DNA of 63,483 nucleotides, counting the filler, from Octopus bimaculoides (taxonomy: Eukaryota), in assembly GCF_001194135.2 (NCBI RefSeq). It is 5 parts of 5 records of this genome, joined end to end, with 100 filler letters (N's around TTAATTAATTAA, not from the genome) between each part and the next. Parts side by side here need not be neighbours in the genome. Positions count along the whole stretch, not along the records: positions 1 to 28,121 come from NC_068983.1; 4 more parts are not named here. One strand, written 5' to 3'. Of this stretch, positions 1-11,874 are shown piece by piece; position 1 is the first letter of the stretch; every line of letters starts with the position of its first letter. A program made the translations under genes and the position numbers. Below the pieces are notes generated by a model, which worked only from the letters and a program-made list of their open reading frames with translations, did not search any database and had not been told where the DNA came from.

Positions 1-377
1 ATTGAGTGCCTTATGTATTTTATAATAATTGGTGCCACCTTGTTTATGGCTAGTGTTTCCAGAATCCACGTGTGGGGAACACTGTCGAAAGCCTTTTGGT
101 AGTCCACCCAGGCCATACTGAGGCCTTTCTTCTTTCTGCGGCTGTCTTCAGTTATGGCTTTATTGATCAATAATTGGTCTTTACAGCCGTATGAGCCCTT
201 GCAGCATCCCTTCTGCTCTTCTGGAAACAGGTTGTTATTTTCCAGGTGTTTACTCAATCTCTGCGACATTATTGCAGTAAAGGCTTTGTAGATCGTAGGG
301 AGACAGGTTATAGGTCTATAGTTTTGTGGTTTCTCCGTTTCCGTGGATTTGGGGATTAAGATGGTTTTCCCTTTCCC
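1..377 (-). mobile_element. R4/Dong-clade (RLE-type) non-LTR retrotransposon, RT fragment, 5'-truncated and running off the window
   Basis: The minus-strand frame is open: GKTILIPKSTETEKPQNYRPITCLPTIYKAFTAIMSQRLSKHLENNNLFPEEQKGCCKGSYGCKDQLLINKAITEDSRRKKKGLSMAWVDYQKAFDSVPHTWILETL. These are RT motifs typical of the R4 clade. The 5' end abuts (TAA)n at 378. Confidence 0.9.
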
Positions 378-694
378 TTATTATTATTATTATTATTATT
401 ATCATTTTATTAATATCATTGTTCTCGTTGCTGTTTTTATTGTTGCTGCTGCTGCTGTTGTTTCTTCTTTATGTACTACTATTACTACGACGACGACGAC
501 GACGACTACTACTACTACTAGTATTGCTGCTGCTACTGCTGCTGCTAATAACGATGTTGACATGATGAGGAGGAGGAGGAGGAGGAGGAAGAAGAAGAAG
601 GGGAGGAAGAAGGGGAACAGGAACATGAGGAAGAAGGGGAGGAAGAAGGGGAGGAAGGAGGGGAGGAGGAAGGGGAGGAGGAAGGGGAGGATGG
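378..694. repeat. Compound trinucleotide microsatellites (TTA, GCT, ACG/ACT, GAG/AAG)
   Basis: Read directly; followed by N gap 695-1507. Confidence 0.95.
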
Positions 695-1507
695 ANNNNN
701 NNNNNNNNNNNNNNNNNNNNNNNNNNNNNNNNNNNNNNNNNNNNNNNNNNNNNNNNNNNNNNNNNNNNNNNNNNNNNNNNNNNNNNNNNNNNNNNNNNNN
801 NNNNNNNNNNNNNNNNNNNNNNNNNNNNNNNNNNNNNNNNNNNNNNNNNNNNNNNNNNNNNNNNNNNNNNNNNNNNNNNNNNNNNNNNNNNNNNNNNNNN
901 NNNNNNNNNNNNNNNNNNNNNNNNNNNNNNNNNNNNNNNNNNNNNNNNNNNNNNNNNNNNNNNNNNNNNNNNNNNNNNNNNNNNNNNNNNNNNNNNNNNN
1001 NNNNNNNNNNNNNNNNNNNNNNNNNNNNNNNNNNNNNNNNNNNNNNNNNNNNNNNNNNNNNNNNNNNNNNNNNNNNNNNNNNNNNNNNNNNNNNNNNNNN
1101 NNNNNNNNNNNNNNNNNNNNNNNNNNNNNNNNNNNNNNNNNNNNNNNNNNNNNNNNNNNNNNNNNNNNNNNNNNNNNNNNNNNNNNNNNNNNNNNNNNNN
1201 NNNNNNNNNNNNNNNNNNNNNNNNNNNNNNNNNNNNNNNNNNNNNNNNNNNNNNNNNNNNNNNNNNNNNNNNNNNNNNNNNNNNNNNNNNNNNNNNNNNN
1301 NNNNNNNNNNNNNNNNNNNNNNNNNNNNNNNNNNNNNNNNNNNNNNNNNNNNNNNNNNNNNNNNNNNNNNNNNNNNNNNNNNNNNNNNNNNNNNNNNNNN
1401 NNNNNNNNNNNNNNNNNNNNNNNNNNNNNNNNNNNNNNNNNNNNNNNNNNNNNNNNNNNNNNNNNNNNNNNNNNNNNNNNNNNNNNNNNNNNNNNNNNNN
1501 NNNNNNN

Positions 1508-2005
1508 GAAGGGAAGAAGAGGAGGAAGAGGAGGAGGAAGGGAAGAAGAGGAGGAAGAGGAGGAGGAAGAGGAGGAGGAAGAGGAGGAGGAAGTGGAGGA
1601 GGAAGAGGAGGAGGAAGAGGAGGAAGAGGAGGAAGAGGAGGAGCAGGAGGAAGAGGAGGAGGAGGAGGAAGAAGAGGAGGTGACGAAGGAAGAGGAGGAA
1701 GAGGAGGAAGAGGAGGAGGAGATGGGGACTATGACGATGGTTATGATGATGATGGTGCTGGTGGTGCTTGTGATGGAGCTAATGGCGATCATGATCTTCA
1801 TGTTCCTGACGGTGATGATGATGATGATGATGACGAAGATGATGATGATGATCATCATCATGGTTGTAGTGATGTAGGCGTCGGTGTTATTATTGGTGGT
1901 TGTAGAAGCGGTGGCGGTGGCGGTGGCGACTGCGGTGGCGATCATTGTAATGAAGCTCATAATGATGATGACGATGATGATGACGATGATGATGGTGATG
2001 GTGAT
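1508..2005. repeat. (GAG/GAA)n then degenerate (GAT/GGT)n microsatellite
   Basis: Read directly. Confidence 0.95.
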
Positions 2006-2120
2006 TTCTTTTAATAGCTACAAGAGCCCGGGACATTTAATATCGATAATAATGAAATAATGAAATAATAATGAAATAGAAAAGAATCTGAAATCAATTG
2101 AATGTAAAAATCAAACAGGA

Positions 2121-2121
<1 letters not shown>

Positions 2122-2159
<38 letters not shown>

Positions 2160-2679
2160 AACACACAGACACACTCACACATACAGACACAAGCGCACAC
2201 GCACACGCACACACACACACACATATCCACTCACGCACACATGCACACATATAAACACACAGACACACACATACAGACAACATGCACATACACATACACA
2301 CTCAAGCATAGATGCACACATATAAACACACATACAGGCACACGCACACACAAATATACACACATAAACACACAGACACACACACATACAGACACACACA
2401 CACATATCCACGCACGCACACATGCACACATATAAACACACACGCTCACATTCAGTCACCCACGCACATACGCACACACATATAAACACCCAAAATTTAC
2501 AAATAAAATCTCTGAAATATTCTCTGTTTTCTTAATAAAATTGTAGAAAGAAATAAACAACGAAACAAACAAGAAATAAATAAACCAAAAATATATATAT
2601 ATATATATTAAAATTTCTAAACAAAAGTGATCTGATACCAAAATATGAGAGAAAGGGAGAAACAGAGTGGGGGGGGAGA

Positions 2680-2760
<81 letters not shown>
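2122..2760. repeat. Degenerate (CA)n (2122-2485), (TA)n and (GT)n (2683-2760)
   Basis: Read directly. Confidence 0.9.
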
Positions 2761-2761
<1 letters not shown>

Positions 2762-3042
2762 GAGAGAGAGAAATTAAGGGGTGGGTAGGGGGCGTATATT
2801 GATTTAAAACTCGATTCAGAAATGTTTTATTTTTGCAATCTCACCATTATACCGCCACACTTCCAGCCATCACCATTTCTATCCACGACCATCACCGCCG
2901 ACGACAACATCATCACCATCACCAGCAACAATACTAATGTACTAATATACCCACCAGCAACACCGCCACGATTTCCAATGCTGCCACCGGCAAACCCATC
3001 ACCGCCATCAGAAGAAGTAAAGAGTAAAGATTCCCTTCGGTC

Positions 3043-3358
3043 ATGAATGACCATGGGATTGCACACAGAATGTTTCCTTCCGAGGCACAAGTCTGGGCAA
3101 GGTGGTTGATGGAAGATCAGCAGTCACCCATGCATACCAACCTCCCTTCTCCATACCACCGATGTTATCCAAGGGAAAAGGCAAAGGGGCCGATACAGCT
3201 TGGTACCAGTGACGTTGCAACTCATTTCTACAGCTGAGTGAACTGGAGCAACGTGAAATAAAGTGTCTTGCTTACGAACACATCACACAACCCAGTCTGG
3301 GAATCGAAATCACTACCTCATGATTGTGAGCCCGATGCCCTAACCACTGAGCGCCTTA
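3043..3358 (-). mobile_element. tRNA-derived SINE with CORE-like central domain
   Basis: The minus strand shows A box CTCAGTGGTTAG, B-box-like ATTTCGATTCCC, then GCAAGACACTTTATTTCAC...GCTCCAGTTCACTCAGCTG, which resembles the CORE-SINE domain. Confidence 0.65.
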
Positions 3359-3381
3359 ACACTACTATATATAATCAACAA

Positions 3382-4036
3382 GGCGGTGATCTGGCAGAAT
3401 CGTTAACACGCCGGGTGAAATGTTTATCGGTATTTCGTCTGCCATTACGTTCTGAGTTCAAATTCCGCCGAGATCAACTTAGCCTTTCATTCTTTCGGGG
3501 TCAATAAATTAAGTACCAGTTACATACCGGAGTCGATGTAATCGACTTAATCCCTTTATCTGTCCTTGTTTGTCCCCTCCCCTCTATGTTTAGTCCCTTG
3601 TGGGCAATAAAGAAATAAGAAACGTTAGTACCTCGGCCCGAAATGCTTAGCGGTGTTTCGTCTGTATTGACGTTCTGAGTTCAAATTCCGCCGAAGTCGT
3701 CTTTGCCTTTCATCCTTTCGTGGTCGATATATTAAATACCAGTTACGCACTGGAGTCGATGTAATCGACTTAATCCCTTTGTCTGTCCTTGTTTCTCCCC
3801 TCTATGTTTAGCCCCTTGCGGGCAATAAAGACATTTTTAAAATGTTAGCACGTCGGGTGAAATGCTTAGCGCTATTTCGTCTGGCTTTACGTTCTGAATT
3901 CAAATTCCGCCAAGGTCTTCTTTGTCTTTCGTTCTTTCGGGGTCGATAAATTAAGTACCACTTGCGTACAAGGGTCGATCTAATCGACTGGCCCTCTCTC
4001 CTAAAATTTAGGGCCTTGTGCCTAGAGAAGAAAAGT
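3382..4036 (+). mobile_element. Three head-to-tail tRNA-derived SINEs (Nin-like central domain)
   Basis: The head TGGCAGAATCGTTA...GAGTTCAAATTCCGCC and body GCCTTTCATCCTTTCGGGGTCGATAAATTAAGTACCAGTT repeat three times. Two copies carry tail A (…GGGCAATAAAGAAATAAG) and one carries tail B (…GGCCTTGTGCCTAG). Confidence 0.9.
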
Positions 4037-4064
4037 ATATATAATCAGCAATACTACCAACTGG

Positions 4065-4197
4065 GTACTTAATTCATTGACCCCAATAGCATGAAACTCA
4101 AAGTCGACCTCGGCGGAATTTGAACTCAGAGCGTAAAGACAGATGAAATACCGCTAAGCATTTCGCCCGGCGTGCGAACGTTTCTGCCACCTCGCCG
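4065..4197 (-). mobile_element. Same SINE family, 5' half
   Basis: Contains AAAGTCGACCTCGGCGGAATTTGAACTCAGAGCGTAAAGACAGATGAAATACCGCTAAGCATTTCGCCCGG. Confidence 0.85.
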
Positions 4198-4324
4198 CCT
4201 TGACTAACAAAAACCTTACCAGTAACAGCAAAACTACCACCGCAACTACCACCGACACAATTTCAACTTCCAGACTTACCACAACTACCAATACCCTCAC
4301 AAGACCAGTAATTCTAAGAGATGC

Positions 4325-5398
4325 GGGTGAGATAATTACATCGACCCCAGCTCTTGACAGGTAAATTATTTTATCAAAGCCGAAAGGATAAAAAAGGCAA
4401 ACTCGATCTCGGTAGCATTTGAACTCGGAGCGTAAAGAGCAGTGAGAAATATATCCAAGCATTGTGTCCGACGCGCTAACGTTTCTGCCAGCTCGTTGCC
4501 TTTTAATAATCGTTTCTTTATTTCTTTATCGCCCACAAGGGGCTAAACATAGAGGGGACAAACAAGGACAGACAAAGGGATTAAGTCGATTACATCAACC
4601 CCAGTGCGTAACTGGTACTTAATTTATCGACCCCGAAAGGATGAAAGGCAAAGTCGACCTCGGCGGAATTTGAATTCAGAAGGTAACAGCAGAAGAAATA
4701 CCGCGAAGCATTTCACCCGGCATGCAAACGATTCTGCCAGCTCGCAACCGTTTAATAATCGTTTCTACTATAGGCACAAGTACCAAAATGTGGAGGAAGG
4801 GAATAGTTGATTACGTCGAACCCCAGTGCTCAACTGAACGTAATTTATAGACTCCGAAAGGATGAGAGACAGAGTCGATCATTGCAGAAGTTGAACTCAG
4901 AATGTGAAGACGAAGAAAATATCTCTAAGCATTTTGTCCGACGCGCTAACGTTTATGCCAGCTCGTTGCCTCTTAAGAATCGTTCCTACTATAGGCACAA
5001 GGCCCAAAATGTGGAGGAAGGGTCTAGTTGATTACATCGATCCCCAGAAAAAAACTGGTACTTAATTTATCGACCCGAAAGAATGACAGGTAGAATCGAT
5101 ATCGGTAGAATTGGAACGCAGAATGTAGAGACGGACAAACTGTCTCTAAGAATTTTGTCCGACGCGCTAAGGTTTCTACCAGCTCGTTGCCTTTTAATAA
5201 TCGTTTCTACTATAGGCACATGGCACAAAATGTGGAGGAAGGGACTAGTTGATTACATCGTCCACCAGTGCTAAACTGTACGTAATTTATCGACCCCGAA
5301 AGGATGACAGGCAGAGTCGATCTCGGCAGAATTTGAATTCAAAATGTAAGAACGAACAAAATATCTCTAAGCATTTTATCCAACGCGCTAACGTTTCT
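4325..5398 (-). repeat. Left arm of the SINE array: about 5 tandem SINE units in minus orientation
   Basis: Heads lie near 4500, 4745, 4970 and 5192, with a head-truncated unit ending at 5398. They share the GCAACGAGCTGGC/TATAGGCACAAG junction with the right arm. Confidence 0.9.
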
Positions 5399-8300
5399 GT
5401 AATCAACTATTCCCTTCCTCCACATTTTGGGCCTTGTGCCTATAGTAGAAACGATTATTAAAAGGCATCGAGCTGGCAGAAAAGTTAGCGCGTCGGACAA
5501 AATGCTTAGAGATATTTTGTTCGTCTTCATATTCTAAGTTCAAATTCTGCCGAGATCGACTGTCATCCTGTCATCCTTTCGGAGTCTATAAATTACGTAC
5601 AGTTGAGCACTTGGGGTCGATGTAATCAACTATTCCCTTCCTCCACATTTTGGGCCTTGTACCTATAGTAGAAACGATTATTAAAAGGCAACGAGCTGGC
5701 ATAAACGATAGCGCGTCGGACAAAATGCTTAGAGATATTTTGTTCGTCTTTACATTCCGAGATCACATTCCGCCGGGATCGATTCTCACTGTCATCCTTT
5801 CCCGGTCGATTAATTAAGTAACAGTTGAGCACTGGGAATCGATGTAATCAACAAGTCCCTTCCTCCACATTTTGGGCCTTGTGCCTATAGTAGGAACGAT
5901 TATTAAGAGGCAACGAGCTGGCATAAACGATAGCGCGTCGGACAAAATGCTTAGAGATATTTTGTTCGTCTTTACATTCTGAGTTCAAATTCTGCAAAGG
6001 TCGACTCTGTATGACATCCTTTCGGAGTCTAAAATTACGTCCAGTTGAGCACTGCGAATCGATGTAATCAACTAGTCCCTTCCTCCACATTTTGGGCCTT
6101 GTGCCTATAGTAGGAACGATTATTAAGAGGCAACGAGCTGGCATAAACGATAGCGCGTCGGACAAAATGCTTAGAGATATTTTGTTCGTCTTTACATTCC
6201 GAGATCACATTCTGTCGAGATCGATTCTCACTGTCATCCTTTCCCGGTCGATTAATTAAGTACCAGTTGAGCACTGGGAATCGATGTANNNNNNNNNNNN
6301 NNNNNNNNNNNNNNNNNNNNNNNNNNNNNNNNNNNNNNNNNNNNNNNNNNNNNNNNNNNNNNNNNNNNNNNNNNNNNNNNNNNNNNNNNNNNNNNNNNNN
6401 NNNNNNNNNNNNNNNNNNNNNNNNNNNNNNNNNNNNNNNNNNNNNNNNNNNNNNNNNNNNNNNNNNNNNNNNNNNNNNNNNNNNNNNNNNNNNNNNNNNN
6501 NNNNNNNNNNNNNNNNNNNNNNNNNNNNNNNNNNNNNNNNNNNNNNNNNNNNNNNNNNNNNNNNNNNNNNNNNNNNNNNNTAGTCCCTTCCTCCACATTT
6601 TGGGCCTTGTGCCTATAGTAGGAACGATTATTAAGAGGCAACGAGCTGGCATAAACGATAGCGCGTCGGACAAAATGCTTAGAGATATTTTGTTCGTCTT
6701 TACATTCTGAGTTCAAATTCTGCAAAGGTCGACTCTGTATGACATCCTTTCGGAGTCTATAAATTACGTACAGTTGAGCACTGCGAATCGATGTAATCAA
6801 CTAGTCCCTTCTTCCATATTTTGGGACTTGTGCCTATAGTAGAAACGATTATTTAAAGCCAACGAGCTGGCATAAATGTTAGCGCGTCGGACAAAATGCT
6901 TAGAGATATTTTGTTCGTCTTTACATTCCGAGATCACATTCTGCCGAGATCGATTCTCACTGTCATCCTTTCCCGGTCGATTAATTAAGTACCAGTTGAG
7001 CACTGGGAATCGATGTAATCAGCTCGTCCCTTCCTCTACATTTTGGGCCTTGTGCCTATAGTAGGAACGATTATTAAGAGGCAAGGAGCTGGCATAAACG
7101 ATAGCGCGTCGGACAAAATGCTTAGAGATATTTTGTTCGTCCTTACATCCGGAGTTCAAATTCTGCAAAGATCGACACTGCCTGACATCCTTTCGGTGTC
7201 TATGAATTACGTACAGTTGAACACTGGGGGGTCGGTGTAATCAACTAGTCCCATCCTCAACATTTGGGACTTGTGCCTATAGTAGAAACGATTATTTAAA
7301 GGCAACGATCTGGCATAAACGTTAGCGCGTCGGACAAAGTGCTTAGAGATATTTTGTTCTTTACATTCTGAGTTCAAATTCTGCAAAGATCGACACTGCC
7401 TCTCAATCTTTCGGAGTCAATAAATTACGTACAGTTGAGCAATGTGGATCTATGTAATCAACTATTCCCTTCCTCCACATTTTCGGTCTTGTGCCTATAT
7501 TAGGAACGATTATTAAAAGGCAACGAGCTGGCATAAACGATAGCGCGTCGGACAAAATGCTTAGAGATATTTTGTTCGACTTTACATTCTGAGTTCAAAT
7601 TCTACAAAGATCGACACTGCCTCTCATCCTTTCGGACTCTAAAAATTACGTACAGTTGAGCACTGACAATCGATGTAATCAACTAGTCCCTTCCTCCATA
7701 TTTTGGGACTTGTGCCTATAGTAGAAACGATTATTTAAAGGCAACGAGCTGGCATAAACGTTAGCGCGTCGGACAAAATGCTTAGAGATATTTTGTTCGT
7801 CTTTACATTCTGAGTTCAAATTCTGCAAAGATCGACTCTGCCTGACATCCTTTCGGTGTCTATAAATTACGTAGAGTTGAGCATTGGGGGGTCGGTGTAA
7901 TCAACTAGTCCCATCCTCAACATTTGGGACTTGTGCCTATAGTAGAAACGATTATTAAAAGGCAACGATCTGGCAGAAACGTTAGCGCTTCGGACAAAAT
8001 GCTTAGAGATATTTTGTTCGTCTTTACATTCTGAGTTCAAATTCTGCAAAGGTCGACTCTGTATGACATCCTTTCGGAGTCTATAAATTACGTACAGTTG
8101 AGCACTAGGAATCGATGTAATCAACTAGACCCATCCACCATATTTTGGGACTTGTGCCTATAGTAGAAACGATTATTAAAAGGCAACGATCTGGTATAAA
8201 CGTTAGCGCGTCGGACAAAATGATTAGAGATATTTTGATCGTCTTTACATTCTGAATTCAAATTCTGGAAAGATCGACACTGCCTCTCATCCTTTCGGAG

Positions 8301-10445
8301 TCTATAAATTACGTACAGTTGAGCACTGGGTGTCGATGTAATCAACTAGTCCATTCCTCCACATTTTGTGACTTATGCCTATAGTAGAAACGATTATTTA
8401 AGGGCAACGAGCTGTCATAAACGTTAACGCGTCGGACAAAATGCTTAGGGATATTTTGTTCGTCTTTACATTCTGAGTTCAAATTCTGCAAAGATCGACT
8501 CTGCATCTCATCCTTTCGGAGTCTATAAATTACGTACGGTTGAGCACTGGGTGTCTATGTAATCAACTATTCCCTTCCTCCACATTTTGGGCCTTGTGCC
8601 TATAGTAGAAACGATTATTAAAAGGCAACGAGCTGGCATAAACTTTAGCGTGTCGGACAAAATGCTTAGAGATATTTTCTTCGTCTTTACATTCCGAGAT
8701 CACATTCTGCCTTAATCGATTCTCACTGTCATCCTTTCCCGGTCGATTAATTAAGTACCAGTTGAGCACTGGAAATCGACGTAATCATCTAGTCCCTTCC
8801 TCCACATTTTTGGCCTTGTGCCTATAGTAGGAACGATTATTAAAAGGCAACGAGCTGGCATAAACGATAGCGCCTCGGACAAAATGCTTAGAGATATTTT
8901 GTTCGTCTTTACATTCTGAGTTCAAATTCTGCAAAGGTCGACTTTGTATGACATCCTTTCGGAGTCTATAAATTACGTACAGTTGAGCACTGGGAATCGA
9001 TGTAATCAACTAGACCCTTCCTCCATATTTTGGGACTTGTGCCTATAGTAGAAACGATTATTTAAAGGCAACGAGCTGGCATAAACGTTAGCGCGTCTGA
9101 CAAAATGCTTAGAGATATTTTGTTCGTCTTTACATTCCTAGATCACATTCTACCGGGGGGGTCGGTGTAATCAACTAGTCCCTTCCTCAACATTTGGGAC
9201 TTGTGCCTATAGTAGAAACGATTATTTAAAGGCAACGAACTGGCATAAACGTTAGCGCGTCGGACAAAATGCTTAGAGATATTTTGATTGTCTTTACATT
9301 CTGAGTTCAAATTCTGCAAAGATCGACACTGCCTCATCCTTTCGGCGTCTATAAATTAAGTACTGTTGAGCACTGGGGATCGATGTAATCAACTAGTCCC
9401 TTCCTCCTCATTTTGGGCCTTGTGCCTATAGTAGGAACTATTATTAAAAGGCAACGAGCTGGCATAAACGATAGCGCGTCGGACAAAATGCTTAGATATA
9501 TTTTGTTCGTCTTTACATTCTGAGTTCAAATTCTGCAAAGATTGACTCTGCCTCTCATCCTTTCGGAGTCTGTAAATTACGTACCGTTGAGTCCTGGGTG
9601 TCGATGTAATCAACTAGTCCCTTCCTCAACATTTTGGGCGTTGTGCCTATAGTAGAAACGATTATTTAAAGGCAACGAGCTGGCATAAACGTTTGCGCGT
9701 CGGACAAAATGCTTAGAGATATTTTGTTCGTCTTTACATTTTGAGTTCAAATTCTGCAAAGATCTACACTGCCTCTCATCCTTTCGGAGGCTATAAATTA
9801 CGTACAGTTGAGCACTGGGGTTCGATGTCATCAACCAGTCCCTTCCTCCACATTTTGGGCCTTGTGCCTTTAGTAGGAACGATTATTTAAAGGCAACGTG
9901 CTGTCATAAACGTTAGCGCGTCGGACAAATTGGTTAGAGATATTTTGTTCTTTACATTCTGAGTTCAAATTCTGCAAAGTTCGACACTGCTTGTCATCCT
10001 TTCGGAGTATATAAATTACGTACCGTTGAGTCCTGGGTGTCGATGTAATCAACTAGTTCCATCCTCCACATTTTGGACTTGTGCCTATAGTAGAAACGAT
10101 TATTTAAAGGAAACGATCTGGCATAAACTTTAGCGTGTCGGACAAAATGCTTAGATATATTTTGTTCGTCTTTACATTCTGAGTTCAAATTCTGCAAAGA
10201 TTGACTCTGCCTCTCATACTTTGGGAGTCTGTATATTACGTACAGTTAAGCACTGGGGGTCGATGTAATTAACTAGTTCCTTCCTCCACATTTTGGGACT
10301 TGTGCCTATAGTAGAAACGATTATTAAACGGCAACGAGCTGGCATAAACGTTAGCGCGTCGGACAAAATGCTTAGAGATATTTTGTCCGTCCTTACATTC
10401 TGAGTTCACATTCTGCCGAGATCGGCTCTACCTGTCATCCTTTCC
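5399..10445 (+). repeat. SINE-derived tandem array (satellite), ~221-bp period, 22 visible units plus gap 6289-6580
   Basis: CTTGTGCCTATAGTAG recurs at about 5432, 5655, 5876, 6097, 6604, 6826, 7047, 7269, 7487, 7708, 7929, 8151, 8372, 8591, 8813, 9034, 9198 (short unit), 9416, 9637, 9858, 10076 and 10298. Each unit has a tRNA-like head, Nin-like body and tail B ending in GATTATT. Confidence 0.97.
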
Positions 10446-10530
10446 ACAAAATGTAGGAAAGTCAAAGTCGTACTGGTGAAATTTGATCTCAGAACGTAAA
10501 CACCTGAAAGAAATACCGCTAAGCATTTTT
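10446..10530 (-). mobile_element. Inverted SINE fragment terminating the array
   Basis: GTCAAAGTCGTACTGGTGAAATTTGATCTCAGAACGTAAA...AAATACCGCTAAGCATTT lies in minus orientation immediately after the last unit. Confidence 0.75.
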
Positions 10531-10749
10531 AATGTCGTAGATACAAACATGGACAAATGGTTAGGAAGTTTGCCTCGCAATTGCGATGTTTTACGTGGAT
10601 AATTTTTTATCTGATTTCCACCTCCACTCCTTTTCTTTCCCTCATCTTTTAAGTAAACTCTCATACAAGCAACAAACTGCTCTTGTAATGTTCATCCCAT
10701 CTGATTCTGCTATTGCAAATGAAAGAAACTATTATTTGGCTAAATTGTT

Positions 10750-11290
10750 ACAAGGCAGTGAAATGGCTGTGTTGTCAGTATGCCAGACAAAATGCTTGAC
10801 TGCATTTCACCAGTCTTTACGTTATAAGTCGGTGAACTGGCAGAATGGCAAGCATGTGGGGCAAAATGCTTAGCAGTGCTTCGTCCGTCTTTACGTTGGG
10901 GATTCAAATTCCGCCGTGGGCGACTTTGCTTTTCATCCTTTCGGCGTCGATAAATCAAGTACCAGTGAAACACTGTGGACGATGTAATCGACTATTTCCC
11001 TCCCCAAAAACTTCAGGCATTGTGCCTCTAGTAGAAAGGATTATTATTAGCATTATTAAGGCAGTGAGATGGTAGAATCGTTAGCGCGTTGAACAAAATG
11101 CTTAGCGGTCTTTCTTCCGGATCTTTACGTTCTGAGTTTAAATCCTGCAGACGTTGACTTTGCAATTCCTCCTCTCGGTATCAACGAAATAATTAAAAGT
11201 TGAACACTAGGATCGATGTGATCGACTAACTCAATCACCAAAATTTTCAAGCTTCTTGCCTATATTAGAAAGGATTATTATTATTATTGT
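10750..11290 (+). mobile_element. Older diverged SINE copies (partial head plus two tail-B copies) ending in (ATT)n
   Basis: B boxes GATTCAAATTCCGCC (~10902) and GAGTTTAAATCCTGC (~11134); tail ...CCTATATTAGAAAGGATTATTATT. Confidence 0.8.
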
Positions 11291-11874
11291 TGATATTGTT
11301 ATTATTGTTGTTTCAATACTCGCTGCATGTGTTCGGGATGGTTATGTTCATTCATTTTGTGTTTTTCATATTTTTTTTTATCATTGTTATGTGCTGTGTA
11401 CCACATGGTTGCCGTTATTTCGCTAAAAGTATTAACCTCTCCTCACGCAGTAAATATCATATTCTGCTTCATTGGCTAGATACGTGCCCGTTGTTGTGTA
11501 ACCAGAACTGCTTATGAAATAGGATAGCATGGCAGACTAACTCACAATGGTTATTGTTTAGTTTTCAATAAATTCGCCAAGTCCAGTAGCAGGGCGGGAC
11601 GGGAAATGAACAACGATAACAATAAAACAGCAATGGTTAGTTACATCAATAACAGCGAGACAATGTGTGGGCCTCTATGTGGTCGCTCACTCTGCTAGAA
11701 ATAACAGCTAAAATTTTGTGGAATCATACTCTGATACAACGAAAAGAAGGTTACATTGCATGATGTCGTTCTAAATATAATTTGTCAGAAAATAAAGTAG
11801 TAAGCAGAGTGGTCACGGATGCTTAGCCTCTAAGCAACAGGTTTCCTCAATCAGAAACGACCAACGACAGTAAT

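Noticed and set aside
343-1960. Long ORFs spanning N gaps (also near 20.7-21.7, 28.7-29.9, 33.9-34.7, 47.1-47.8, 50.1-50.7, 57.3-58.1 and 60.0-60.9 kb)
   Set aside because: These are artefacts of translating N runs and microsatellites.
3385-3470. tRNA genes
   Set aside because: The A/B-box-bearing sequences are SINE heads lacking a complete cloverleaf and continue into SINE bodies.
4604-10197. Many similar 60-100 aa ORFs (MITS…RYYRHKAQNVEEG) suggesting a tandem peptide-gene family
   Set aside because: They are antisense or sense read-through of non-coding SINE units; frames and stops vary from unit to unit.
5399-10445. CRISPR-like array
   Set aside because: The variable parts are homologous to each other with no unique spacers, there are no cas genes, and the context is eukaryotic.
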